In this document: positions 17,272 through 27,409 of the stretch, in pieces | Position numbering within the stretch: position 1 is the stretch's first letter | Layout: every line of letters begins with the position of its first letter | Virus record (IMG/VR): IMGVR_UViG_3300037294_000227 | Span: 1-53,992 of that record | Length of the DNA stretch: 53,992 nt | Direction: 5' to 3' (one strand) | DNA from: a virus | Taxonomy: Duplodnaviria; Caudoviricetes | Translations under genes and position numbers: made by a program | The notes under the pieces: model-generated | What the model was told of the DNA's origin: nothing | Seen by the model: the letters and a program-made list of their open reading frames with translations, nothing else | The model's database searches: none

Positions 17272-19391
17272 TTACCGTTTTTAATATACCTATATTTAAA
17301 ACTAAAATCGACAGTGTCATTCAATAATTCTTCTTCGTTGAGTAAGTCTGTAAAGTCTTGTCCAGAACGCCCTGATTCAAGGTCCCAATTTGGTTTTGCA
17401 AGTCGTCTTGCTCTTTTAGCTGTATTACTCATCATACGCGAATAATCCTGAGCATAAAAAGGACCCTTGCGCCCTAGTGGCGGACGAACTCTATCGTCAT
17501 AAGGGTTGTCAACTTGTTTAAAATCCCAAGAAAAATCAGCTTCCCAATTTCCGTCGTCATCAATGTTAAATTTGTAAACTGCATTTAACATACCAGGACC
17601 AAACTGACTACCAAATTCTTTTAAATCAATTTCAGGGTTAAACAATACTTCAGCTGTGTAACCTCCACGAGTTTTCCACAGCATTCTAAAGAAAGGCCAC
17701 ATTTCATTGACTAGTGTATCTGCAAAAGGATTAAGACCCGGGTTAATAATATTGTAATCAAAATCTTCGTAGCTGTCAATTTCTTTTATATTAGAAGGAT
17801 TGTTTAACTTGATTTTGTAATGTTCTTTTGCAAGATTATATCGAATAGGATATCCAAAAGGCATTTCAGTACATCCTACCATAAAATCAATAAACATATG
17901 AAATGATTTTACACGGTGCATTACATGCGTTCCGCCTTTGGTAAAATCATTCGTAATCCAATGTCCTTGATATTTTTGATAACTGAGATTAAACTTATGT
18001 GGATTCTGTCCTGCAATAGTTTCAGGGCCTAGTCCAAATCCTACACCAGCGCCAATATTGTTGATATTCATTTCTCGCATACGCCAAAGAAATGTCATAC
18101 TGTCTGCAAAGTCTTTGTGATCTTCTGTAGGAAATCCTACAATCCAATTTGTTGCAGCAAAAATTCCAACTTCTTTTCCGTGTTTAAAGTTAGCTTCCAT
18201 TTCCTCTACTGTTACACCTTTGGCCATATCATTGAGAACTTTTTGACTTCCGCTTTCTATGCCATAGTTGAGCATAATACAGCCACCGGCTTTAAGGTCT
18301 TTAAAGTATTCAAGATCCATTCTACCATCGCATCTTGCATATCCAGTCCAATGAATTTTCAAGTCTTTGGCTGCAACACCTTTCACAAATGCACGTAATT
18401 CGTTGACGTTGCCATTTACTAGACTATCGATAAACCAAAAAACATTGGTACCTTTGTTATAATACAACCACTCAACTTCACCAATTAAATCAACTGATTG
18501 GCGCTGACGATATTTCCAAAAATGTGTTTCTTCACAAAAAGTACACTTGGCTGTGCAACCACGACTAAACTCTGTGTTTACTCCGTTGGGTATTTCGTAC
18601 TGACTAAAATCAATACTTTCATAATCTGGCATTGGCAAACCACTGATATTAATTTTTTCACCGAATGGTTGTTCAACAAATTGTGTACCTTCGTGTTCTC
18701 TTCCTAATTCTATGTCTGCAAGGATTCTAAGCAACACTGCCTCGCCTTCGCCGTTGACAACATAATCATAATAAGGATATTGCTCAAACCAACTTTTTTG
18801 AGCGTTGCTCCCGCCTACTGCAATCTTAATATCCGGACGTAATTCTTTTAAGCGGCGGCACATCCATTTTGTAGGTTCTTCGCTGATATAATATATTGTA
18901 AATCCTACAACTTGCGGATCAAGTGCTAGAATTTCATGCACTGCTTCCTCTAGCATAGGCTCAAGAACAGGATGAATATCGTTCATATACGTTTCACCTT
19001 CCCAATGCCAACTGGCACTAGGATCCCAAAGTCTAAATGGAAATGCGTTGTTTGGTTGCCACTCAGTTTTGTATTTGTTATACACTCTTACATTTAAGTC
19101 AAGTATATGTGTTTCGTATCCTGCGCTTTTTGCAACTCCGCTGAGACGTGCTAAATTAAACGGAGGAAACTGAGGTGCCCATTCGGGACATAGTACTAGT
19201 ACAAGTTTTGTTTTACGAGTTTTATAATCAACATATACAGGTGTAAGATTTTTTTCAATTAATGCAGTAGACCTTGCATAAGGCTTAATTACTTCAAGCA
19301 TGTTCATATGCTTATCGTCTGCTGCACTCTCTGTTAATCTATCAGGAATTTCTGGTTCTGCTTTTGCTAAACCTTTGAGGTTAAAATCCAT
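17262..19391 (-). CDS. B12-binding-domain radical SAM protein
   Basis: PPFNLARL...ILDLN...VVGFT...AVGG...VVNGEGE (cobalamin domain), SRGCTAKCTFC, YGIESGS, WIVGFPTE. Confidence 0.92.
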   Translation of the reverse strand: MDFNLKGLAKAEPEIPDRLTESAADDKHMNMLEVIKPYARSTALIEKNLTPVYVDYKTRKTKLVLVLCPEWAPQFPPFNLARLSGVAKSAGYETHILDLNVRVYNKYKTEWQPNNAFPFRLWDPSASWHWEGETYMNDIHPVLEPMLEEAVHEILALDPQVVGFTIYYISEEPTKWMCRRLKELRPDIKIAVGGSNAQKSWFEQYPYYDYVVNGEGEAVLLRILADIELGREHEGTQFVEQPFGEKINISGLPMPDYESIDFSQYEIPNGVNTEFSRGCTAKCTFCEETHFWKYRQRQSVDLIGEVEWLYYNKGTNVFWFIDSLVNGNVNELRAFVKGVAAKDLKIHWTGYARCDGRMDLEYFKDLKAGGCIMLNYGIESGSQKVLNDMAKGVTVEEMEANFKHGKEVGIFAATNWIVGFPTEDHKDFADSMTFLWRMREMNINNIGAGVGFGLGPETIAGQNPHKFNLSYQKYQGHWITNDFTKGGTHVMHRVKSFHMFIDFMVGCTEMPFGYPIRYNLAKEHYKIKLNNPSNIKEIDSYEDFDYNIINPGLNPFADTLVNEMWPFFRMLWKTRGGYTAEVLFNPEIDLKEFGSQFGPGMLNAVYKFNIDDDGNWEADFSWDFKQVDNPYDDRVRPPLGRKGPFYAQDYSRMMSNTAKRARRLAKPNWDLESGRSGQDFTDLLNEEELLNDTVDFSFKYRYIKNGKWN

Positions 19392-20359
19392 TAGTACTCC
19401 ATAAACTTTGGTATAATTATATCAGTGCCGCAATGGCAATGCGTCTTACTACATATAACAGGTTTTAGGTCAAAAGTCAAGTTTTCATCTAATATGTTGC
19501 CATGTTGATTTCCTACGCCGCAACTGGCGCTACTAACTTGTCCAATAGGATTAATAAACAAGCTATCATCAACTTGGCATTTCCATCCTTTAAAAAAGTT
19601 TTGTCGATCTGCAATAATTTGATTACTGTTTGTAGGTTGAATATTTCCGTTTGAATAGTGACTAATGCTGATAGCACTGTTTTCTCTATAAGGTTTAGGT
19701 AAACGCATTACAGTTTCAAACTGTGCAGTTTCTAAAAACTTTTGCTTTTCTGGATCTTTGTATTCCCAAGGACCGGCATTAACACTCATCTCATCAAACA
19801 ACGGTGTCCATTCTAAATTATAATTCGGAACTTCTTCGCGCACACGCTTGCCGAACTCAACCACTTCCCAAAACCGTTCTTCGTGCATTAACATTTTTGT
19901 ACACAAATAATCTACTTTATCACAAAGAAACTTTGCATTTTCAATATAACGATCCTTTTTACTAAATTCAACATGAAAACTCGCAACAATATCGTCAAAC
20001 AAATGATGATGCTGTTCCCAATATTTTAAAGGGCGTGACAAATTGGTATTAACTGCTACTGTTAAGTTGTTGCCTAGTTCATCTTTGAGATATTCTGTTA
20101 ACGGAATAAAATTTTCCCAATGCGTAGGTTCGCCACCACTGTAAAATATTTTAAAATGTCTATAGCCGCGATCTTGATATTGCTGGAATATATTACGTAC
20201 ATTGCGTAAGTATATATCAAGATTGCCGTTATTTCTGCTGTCGCCTGCCCAATTTCCTGGATTGCAGTATGTGCATTGAAAATTACAAAAATTATTTACT
20301 TGCCAAGTAAGACTCATATAAGGTTCTGCAATAGGAGTAATTTTTAATAAATCAGACAT
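19391..20359 (-). CDS. Radical SAM protein with C-terminal Cys-rich domain
   Basis: CNFQCTYC, SGGEPT, NTN; WKC...ASC...CSKTHCHCG. Confidence 0.9.
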   Translation of the reverse strand: MSDLLKITPIAEPYMSLTWQVNNFCNFQCTYCNPGNWAGDSRNNGNLDIYLRNVRNIFQQYQDRGYRHFKIFYSGGEPTHWENFIPLTEYLKDELGNNLTVAVNTNLSRPLKYWEQHHHLFDDIVASFHVEFSKKDRYIENAKFLCDKVDYLCTKMLMHEERFWEVVEFGKRVREEVPNYNLEWTPLFDEMSVNAGPWEYKDPEKQKFLETAQFETVMRLPKPYRENSAISISHYSNGNIQPTNSNQIIADRQNFFKGWKCQVDDSLFINPIGQVSSASCGVGNQHGNILDENLTFDLKPVICSKTHCHCGTDIIIPKFMEY

Positions 20360-21641
20360 ACTTACGCAACCATTCCATTTCTGGGTACACAGACCAAAAA
20401 TCTTCTTTACGGTGCTGATCTAGTCCGTGATTCTTTTCAAAAAAATCTTTTAGGCGCTGTTGATTAAACGAACCTGTGTTCATAAATTGAATAACGCTAT
20501 CAATTTTTCCAAGTACATCTTTTACTACATCAGGTTTTGCAATCATACGTTCTTTGATTTTATCATAAGCCCACGCTTTGTAATCGATATACTTTGCTCT
20601 TAGTTCTATTTTTATATCTTCGGGTATATTATCGATCCGCATAAAGTTTGGATCTGTGAGTATATTTAGCCTACAATTCTCAATATCGACTAAACCTCGT
20701 TCTACCCAATCCATATGAAAATCTGGCCAATTCCATACATTGTATAGGCTAATAGTAGGAGTAAGTTCAAAGTGTACATGCGGAACATGTTCTAACATTT
20801 CAAGTCTGTTACGTTCAATCTGTTCCCAGTTGGTGCCATGTCGAGAAAATTCTGCTCTAGATCCGTCTGCATCTAAACTTGCGCTTACTTGTATATCACT
20901 AAAATGTTTCCAATAATCGATAATACTTTTTTTCTTAAATCGTAAATTACTGAAATTTGTAGTGTAACGCAGACGCACACCTGTCTTGCCGTCAGCAATC
21001 CATTTATCTAATATTTTATAATGTTCGTCTGTGATTAGTGGCTCGCCGCCTGCCCAGTATACTTCTTCGACATTGGGTAAGAACTCTTGTAACTCTTCCC
21101 AAAAAGTTATATGTTTTGCTACGTTAACTACAATGCTACCATCGTTGTTGAGAATGTTAGCAACTTCGTGTTTTCCGTATAGTTCGCCGTGTTCTTGTGC
21201 ATGTAAACTACTTAACTCAGGACCACAAGTGCGACATTTCATATTGCAAATATTACTAAAACGAATATCCATATATGCCATGCGCATATCTTCTTCTGGA
21301 ATACTGCCGTCTGTTGCTGTTTTTTCTACTAGATCAAAATGCTTGTCGCCGAACCATTGATTATGATTTTTACGAAGAGTCCAGATATATGTACTGTCTT
21401 CTAATTCATAACAACGATTACAACAATTAAGTTTTTTACCTTCTAACATAGCAAGACGTAATTCTTTATAGCGATCACTATTCCATGTTTCTTTCACGCC
21501 ATCTTTTTTAACATTACCAAATGGTTGATCACTGTCAGCAATGCAACAGGGCATAGCCCTACCGTCTGGCCAAACATGCATATGGATCCACGGTAATATA
21601 CAAAACGCTTTATTTTCGTTTAACAATACATCTTTAATCAT
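20352..21641 (-). CDS. Radical SAM protein with N-terminal twitch/SPASM-like domain
   Basis: FCILPWIH...PCC...CNRC; CNMKCRTC; WAGGEP; YTTN. Confidence 0.9.
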   Translation of the reverse strand: MIKDVLLNENKAFCILPWIHMHVWPDGRAMPCCIADSDQPFGNVKKDGVKETWNSDRYKELRLAMLEGKKLNCCNRCYELEDSTYIWTLRKNHNQWFGDKHFDLVEKTATDGSIPEEDMRMAYMDIRFSNICNMKCRTCGPELSSLHAQEHGELYGKHEVANILNNDGSIVVNVAKHITFWEELQEFLPNVEEVYWAGGEPLITDEHYKILDKWIADGKTGVRLRYTTNFSNLRFKKKSIIDYWKHFSDIQVSASLDADGSRAEFSRHGTNWEQIERNRLEMLEHVPHVHFELTPTISLYNVWNWPDFHMDWVERGLVDIENCRLNILTDPNFMRIDNIPEDIKIELRAKYIDYKAWAYDKIKERMIAKPDVVKDVLGKIDSVIQFMNTGSFNQQRLKDFFEKNHGLDQHRKEDFWSVYPEMEWLRKYV

Positions 21642-22860
21642 CTAGCATCTCTTTTAATTCAGGGAAAATTTTTGTAAAATCTTCTCCTCTAATTTCATCT
21701 CGACGTTTTACATGATGCCGAAATTCAACCTTGTGTTCATTCCATTGATTTTCTTCGTTGGTAAAGTTAATAGCGTCATTAACATGCACTGCTTGATACC
21801 AATCACCGTCGATCATATACTGGTGTACTTTTTTTAATCTGCTGGATCCTATATCTTTTATAGATTGGGGCAATATCTTAGAACAATAATAAGTAGGAGT
21901 TAGTGCTCTGTAAATACTTATCATGTCCTTTCGACGTAGCAGCAGTTTTCCGATCATATAATTTAAAAATTCATCCATGGTTGCATAGTTAAACGCACTT
22001 AATACTGTATTAAACTGAAAGTCAATATAATCCAAATCTCTGATGCTTTTTAAATTTTCTTCTACCACACCCCAGTCTGTTCCGTGACGCAAGTATTCTG
22101 CACGTTCGCCATAATGATCAAGACTTGCACTGATTTCAACACGCTTAAACTTGCTCCACATATCAAGTATATCATATTTTTTATATTTAAAATTACTCAT
22201 ATTGGTATTATAACGTAGTGTAATGTTTTTGTTTGCGCCAGTACGAATCATCTCTTCAAGCAATACATAATGCTCGTCGGTAATAAGAGGTTCACCCCCT
22301 GCAAAGTAAGCAAGATCCATATTTGGTACTTGTGCTTTGATTTCTTCTAGCAACGCACCTGAGTTGTCAGCATGTTGAATAATACGATAATCCGGAGGTG
22401 TCCAGTCATGCTGTTTCATTTCTTGAGCCCATTGGCTGCTGAATTCGCTACCGCAGGTTCTGCATTTGAAATTGCAAATGTTACTAAACCTTACATCAAA
22501 ATATTTCATTTTAAATTCAGGAACAGTGCCGTCTGGTTGTGTGGTAGTTACAACTTCGTCAAAGTCTTTACCAAAGTGTTCCAAACTGTATTTTCTAAAA
22601 CTAAATGGCGAAGTTTCCTCGTGCTTATAACAATAGTTACAGATGCTGTTTTTTTTGCCAGCAAGCATATCAAGGCGCAACTGTTTCATTTTGTCACCAT
22701 TGAACACTTGTGCTAAACTCTTGCCTTTGATATTATCGAACGGGGCAGTATAATCACTGCTACAGCACGGATATACATTTCCAAGTGGTGTCACATTCAT
22801 ATGCGTCCAAGGAAACATACAAAATGTCTTGCTTTCATTTAATAACTTATCTTTATTCAC
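21634..22860 (-). CDS. Radical SAM protein with N-terminal twitch/SPASM-like domain
   Basis: FCMFPWTH...PCC...CNYC; CNFKCRTC; FAGGEP; YNTN. Confidence 0.9.
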   Translation of the reverse strand: MNKDKLLNESKTFCMFPWTHMNVTPLGNVYPCCSSDYTAPFDNIKGKSLAQVFNGDKMKQLRLDMLAGKKNSICNYCYKHEETSPFSFRKYSLEHFGKDFDEVVTTTQPDGTVPEFKMKYFDVRFSNICNFKCRTCGSEFSSQWAQEMKQHDWTPPDYRIIQHADNSGALLEEIKAQVPNMDLAYFAGGEPLITDEHYVLLEEMIRTGANKNITLRYNTNMSNFKYKKYDILDMWSKFKRVEISASLDHYGERAEYLRHGTDWGVVEENLKSIRDLDYIDFQFNTVLSAFNYATMDEFLNYMIGKLLLRRKDMISIYRALTPTYYCSKILPQSIKDIGSSRLKKVHQYMIDGDWYQAVHVNDAINFTNEENQWNEHKVEFRHHVKRRDEIRGEDFTKIFPELKEMLDD

Positions 22861-24232
22861 TTACATTCTCACACAGTTTAAAAAAGTCTTTCATTTCAGG
22901 AAAGTTTGCTTCAAAGTCATTTCCTCTACGAGCGTCTTGCTCTTTGAAAAAATTCCAAAAATCTTTGCGACCTTCAAGAAGCTTTTCGTCGTTATATTGA
23001 GTTGTTTTCATATAGTCAACGACACGTCTAAATTTTTCGTATTCAAGATTAGTAAAGTGTTGCTTACTACCTTCTTGTGTGTTGTCTTTGATGAATTGCA
23101 AATGACTTTCCATATACGGCAAATATTCTTCTTTAGGGAGAATATTAATGTCATATTGTAAGGGCTCTTTGAGATAAGGAGTGTCAAAGTGAATGCGCTG
23201 CCACCGACCGCTGTTGGTATCGTTGTATTTTGCACGCCATTCAAGCATTTTTTCCAACAGGCTTTGAAATGTAGTCACACTAAACAAATTGAATGTAATC
23301 ATAAACGTAACTTGCGCAGTTGTGTTGCGCATGAAATAATCAAGATTACGTTCAAACACTTCGATATCAAGTCCGTCGCGAATATATTCAGCACGCTTAC
23401 CCCAAGTGTCCACACTTGTAAACAATTTAAAGTTTTTAATTTTATTTTGGGTAAGCAAGCTGTTTACTCCATCAGTAAACTTTTCAAGCTGCCGTTCTTT
23501 ACCTCCAAGATTACTGTTTACATTTAATTCAAGATGCGGCTTGGGATCTTTTTCAAGTTCATCAAACAATCGATAAGTGCTTTTTTGAATAGTAGGTTCG
23601 CCGCCTGTGATACGCAAGATGTTTAGTGTTTTGCTAACTTCGGGCCACCATTTCCACCATGCTCTTACATAAGGATTGCTGTCTTCTTCATAAACACGAA
23701 ACCAATCAATGTCACAGCGGTGGTTCTTAGACATAGTATAAGGACCGTGTTGACGTATTTCGTTGTGATAACGACTGCTGGCTTTAGGGTGACAGTATCC
23801 GCAACGGAAATTACATTCGTTACCAAATGAAACTTCAATGTATTCAGGATTTACGTTAAAGTCCCAAGGATTAAATTTAATTTCTTGCAAGCGTTCTTCG
23901 TTGTAAATACTGCCGCTTCGGATATGACGATCACTAACATAGTCATCGCCCATGTTTTCAATGTTCCAACAATATTGACATCCTACACATTGCTTGCCTT
24001 CGAGCATTTCTTTGCGTTCAAGTTTTTTGTGTTTGGTATTGTGCAATGCACTTGGATTGGTCAGCAATTCGTCTACATCAATTTTATGAGGAGCCGGGTG
24101 ATAACAACTGTGTGTTTCGCCTGTTTGCAAATATATTGTAGTATGGTACCATTTAGCAAAACAAAATGTTGGACTGAAATGACGATTTGTGATTCCGTTG
24201 ATGGCTTTTAAACGATCTTGATCCAATGACAT
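22853..24232 (-). CDS. Radical SAM protein with N-terminal twitch-like domain
   Basis: FCFAKWYH...SCYH...CQYC; CNFRCGYC; ITGGEP; EYIRDGLD. Confidence 0.9.
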   Translation of the reverse strand: MSLDQDRLKAINGITNRHFSPTFCFAKWYHTTIYLQTGETHSCYHPAPHKIDVDELLTNPSALHNTKHKKLERKEMLEGKQCVGCQYCWNIENMGDDYVSDRHIRSGSIYNEERLQEIKFNPWDFNVNPEYIEVSFGNECNFRCGYCHPKASSRYHNEIRQHGPYTMSKNHRCDIDWFRVYEEDSNPYVRAWWKWWPEVSKTLNILRITGGEPTIQKSTYRLFDELEKDPKPHLELNVNSNLGGKERQLEKFTDGVNSLLTQNKIKNFKLFTSVDTWGKRAEYIRDGLDIEVFERNLDYFMRNTTAQVTFMITFNLFSVTTFQSLLEKMLEWRAKYNDTNSGRWQRIHFDTPYLKEPLQYDINILPKEEYLPYMESHLQFIKDNTQEGSKQHFTNLEYEKFRRVVDYMKTTQYNDEKLLEGRKDFWNFFKEQDARRGNDFEANFPEMKDFFKLCENVSE

Positions 24233-25161
24233 TAATTTTCTCTATCTATAAATTGTTGGCCTGAAATTCTTGCAGGATTTTGATATACTGTTTTAAAAAA
24301 TTTACTCTGTCCTGCATCCAAGGTTGTCTCGGCAATTGGAATTTCTAAAGCATGTATAAGCTTGGCGCCATATTCCTCGATTGCTTCGGGCAAATTTTCT
24401 TCGTCGACTGTGGCTTCAATATTTTTCCACATATTATTTAGGTATGTAAAATCACGTACATTTACAAAATCCCAATCAGTACACATTGTCATGAATAGCC
24501 CTTGTCGAGCGCCGTAGATGCCCCACATGCCGTTTTCTACATCTGCACCGACCATAAGCCAAATGTACAGACGATGTAAGTTTTTCCAATGATTTTTATG
24601 AAAATCTTCTACACTCACACGCATGCCGCGATCAAGTGCCATCTTAACTCCTTCCCTAAATCCTGCACGCCAGGCTTGTTGCGGAGTAGTATTATTCATA
24701 ATTTCTGAGTAGCACCCGTTCATTTGAATATATTCGATATCCCAGCAAAAGTCTACTTGTGCATGTGGATTATCTGCAGGTGCGTTTTCGTGTGTTTTCA
24801 TATTCAACACATATTCTTTGGGCCAGCACTTTATGCCACCGTTACCATACGCAAGTCCGTTGATATGATTTTTAGCAGTCCAACTGATTACGCACTTTTC
24901 CAGATCTTTGTGTGCTTCAAAATCAAACTCTTTGGTAAGGAACTCTTTGTCAATAACATTGTCACCGTCAATGGTAATAAAGCGATTTGTCTCACTTAAT
25001 TCTGCGCAAGCTTTATGTGCTGCATCACTGCCCTCAACTCCGTGTACACGCTTTGCCCAGGGAATTTTGCTACACAGATCGGCATAATTTTTTTCTGCAT
25101 TTGGTTCGTCGTAACTTAGATAAATGATGTCAAAATCTAACACTCTAAATTTGTTAGTCAT
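24232..25161 (-). CDS. Putative GT-A-fold glycosyltransferase
   Basis: IIYLSYDEP N-terminal strand, AAHKACA helix followed by FITIDGD (DxD). Confidence 0.6.
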   Translation of the reverse strand: MTNKFRVLDFDIIYLSYDEPNAEKNYADLCSKIPWAKRVHGVEGSDAAHKACAELSETNRFITIDGDNVIDKEFLTKEFDFEAHKDLEKCVISWTAKNHINGLAYGNGGIKCWPKEYVLNMKTHENAPADNPHAQVDFCWDIEYIQMNGCYSEIMNNTTPQQAWRAGFREGVKMALDRGMRVSVEDFHKNHWKNLHRLYIWLMVGADVENGMWGIYGARQGLFMTMCTDWDFVNVRDFTYLNNMWKNIEATVDEENLPEAIEEYGAKLIHALEIPIAETTLDAGQSKFFKTVYQNPARISGQQFIDREN

Positions 25162-25745
25162 ACTAATACCTCGTGATAATATGTCTCTAGTCTCTTTGTA
25201 GTATACACACTTAATGCAGACGGGTCAAGTTCTATTTGGGTATCAAAACTAATACCAATTGTTTCATTTTCAACCAAATCCGAGATGCGTATTTTGATAA
25301 ATTTTTCCAACTGGTGTAAATCATTGTATTGAGTAATACTAAATGTTAAAATACTATTTAGATGCATATTTTTTGTTCTAAAATTTTCTCTAACTGTTTT
25401 GTCAAGACTAAAGTGCCATGTTTTATTTTTAATATCTTGTGTAATTTTTAAATCAGCTAGACTATCCAACTGTTTTGAAATTTTATATATATCAACATTG
25501 ATATCAAGGTTTATTTCTTCATTATTAAAAACATGTTTTAGAATATATGATTTTTTAACAGTATCAAATATTACTTGATAATGAAAAAATTGTTCTTTAC
25601 CTGATAACAACGAATCTATTTCGTTTAGTTCAACTGCAATGCGATTGCCAGGCTGTGTATCAGTATTTGATACACTGAGTAAATTTCCATTGTCATCAAA
25701 ATATACGTAACGTTGTGTTTGGACATACATTATAGAATTACTCAT
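25158..25745 (-). CDS. Hypothetical protein
   Basis: 195-aa ORF overlapping its neighbours on both sides, consistent with translational coupling. Confidence 0.75.
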   Translation of the reverse strand: MSNSIMYVQTQRYVYFDDNGNLLSVSNTDTQPGNRIAVELNEIDSLLSGKEQFFHYQVIFDTVKKSYILKHVFNNEEINLDINVDIYKISKQLDSLADLKITQDIKNKTWHFSLDKTVRENFRTKNMHLNSILTFSITQYNDLHQLEKFIKIRISDLVENETIGISFDTQIELDPSALSVYTTKRLETYYHEVLV

Positions 25746-26586
25746 TATGCACTCCTAGATAATCTTCATATATTTTTATTATATCATCTGTAACAAAATC
25801 TTTTTCTGTATAATGAAAAATGCCGCTCTGTTTGTAATTTCCAATTTTTAAAGTTAAATTATTGTCTAAATAAACCTTAACTTTGTCTTGCCATTTGTCA
25901 GTAACAAATGTCTTCCAATCTTGACAATGTGTTTTCATATGCACAAAATTAGGAAAACTAGTTTGGCTAGTTACTGCATCTTCCATATCTAAAATTTTAG
26001 TTACAATAGCTGCACTAACGTCTACACTGGGCCACTGCTGAAAGTATTTGCCGCCTGCAAACTGCCCATAAAATAGTTCCCAATTGTTCATAACAATTTC
26101 TAACCATTTAAAAAACACGTGAGCATTATCATTTTTTTTGAAATAGTGAAACCCTGCATATAAGTTAGGAAGTTCATGGTTTTTAAATGCTTTTCTATAA
26201 TATATACTTGTAACCGGATCACCACGATATGTTAAAGCATTTGTTGTGAAATAAACATCTTTGGATTGTAGTAAATTCCACCAAGTTGCTATATTGTCTA
26301 ACACTAACATATCTGTGTCTAGTACAATAGTCTGATCGTATGGAGTAGCATGATAGATTTTCCATCTATTTTCTATTTTCCATTCACTCGAGGCTGCTTG
26401 GTCATTCCACGGAATATCAACTATATCATCAAAGACACTTGCTGTTTTTTTATCTAACATTGTATCAGTTATCAAACATATTTTACTTCCTGGGTTGGTT
26501 GCTCGTATACTCATTGCACACAGGTATGCCTGTTTAACATAGTCATGTGTACTATTTTGTGCAAATAGTGTAAAATTAATAGACAT
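25738..26586 (-). CDS. GT8-like (GT-A) glycosyltransferase
   Basis: AMSIRATNP...ICLITD...FDDIV...TPYDQTIVLDTDML (DxD)...FVHMK. Confidence 0.72.
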   Translation of the reverse strand: MSINFTLFAQNSTHDYVKQAYLCAMSIRATNPGSKICLITDTMLDKKTASVFDDIVDIPWNDQAASSEWKIENRWKIYHATPYDQTIVLDTDMLVLDNIATWWNLLQSKDVYFTTNALTYRGDPVTSIYYRKAFKNHELPNLYAGFHYFKKNDNAHVFFKWLEIVMNNWELFYGQFAGGKYFQQWPSVDVSAAIVTKILDMEDAVTSQTSFPNFVHMKTHCQDWKTFVTDKWQDKVKVYLDNNLTLKIGNYKQSGIFHYTEKDFVTDDIIKIYEDYLGVHNE

Positions 26587-27409
26587 CGATGACCCTATTT
26601 AAACTAAATTTATTCATAACGTGAACATTACTACCAGTGATGCTCGCTGGAAAATACGTTCCACTTTTGTATTCTATTAAAAACTTGAATGTAGTATCGT
26701 TCAACGTTAATAATATATCTTTATCAGTAGTGTAAAACATTGTACCAGGAAGCGGATTAGCAAAGTTTCCTTGCTGATATCCATTCATAATGTGTATTGC
26801 TATACTAAATGCATGATCATTTCTAAATGTATCAGTGTTTAAATTATAAAGTCTGCGATAATGCAACCAGTTTTCTTTGATATGTTTTAACAAATCAAAA
26901 AACAATTTGTTTGTATCGGTTTTTTTAAAATAAACAACTGTTGCCCAATAAAAATCTATGCTTGTTTCACTGATATAGTCAAACTCACTCAAGTCTCGCC
27001 AATTTGATAGTTCAAAACCAGTTTTATAAATTAAAAAATTATTTTTCTGCAAAAAACAATTCTTTAAGACACTGTTACTTACAATAAAATCAGTATCCAT
27101 TAGCAATGTTTCGTTGTACGGCGATAAATCATATACATCGCAACGAGAAGTATTTTTAAATTCTAAACTTTTTCGAGTAAAATTACCGTCATTATACTTT
27201 TTGTATGTGTAATTTGTATCGTTTTCGATTACAATAATATTGTCAAACGGATGATTAGAAAAGTTTGTTTCTATATAATCCTTGTTGTCCGTAATTATAC
27301 TAACAGGAATTTCAAGATATTTTATAATTCGATTAGCACAGAATACAGCTTGCTTAACATAATCAACTTCTGCATTATTACGTGCAATTAAAACTGCACC
27401 TTTGCTCAT
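26576..27409 (-). CDS. GT8-like (GT-A) glycosyltransferase
   Basis: VSIITD...FDNII...SPYNETLLMDTDFI (DxD)...FRND...VHVMNK. Paralog of 25738..26586. Confidence 0.72.
   Translation of the reverse strand: MSKGAVLIARNNAEVDYVKQAVFCANRIIKYLEIPVSIITDNKDYIETNFSNHPFDNIIVIENDTNYTYKKYNDGNFTRKSLEFKNTSRCDVYDLSPYNETLLMDTDFIVSNSVLKNCFLQKNNFLIYKTGFELSNWRDLSEFDYISETSIDFYWATVVYFKKTDTNKLFFDLLKHIKENWLHYRRLYNLNTDTFRNDHAFSIAIHIMNGYQQGNFANPLPGTMFYTTDKDILLTLNDTTFKFLIEYKSGTYFPASITGSNVHVMNKFSLNRVIDVY

Noticed and set aside
186-20359. 7-deazaguanine (QueE/archaeosine) DNA-modification pathway
   Set aside because: No FolE, QueD, QueC or DpdA-like genes here; the radical SAM proteins have extra Cys domains unlike QueE, and the amidinotransferase is of the arginine-dependent family. 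DNA modification in general is not excluded.
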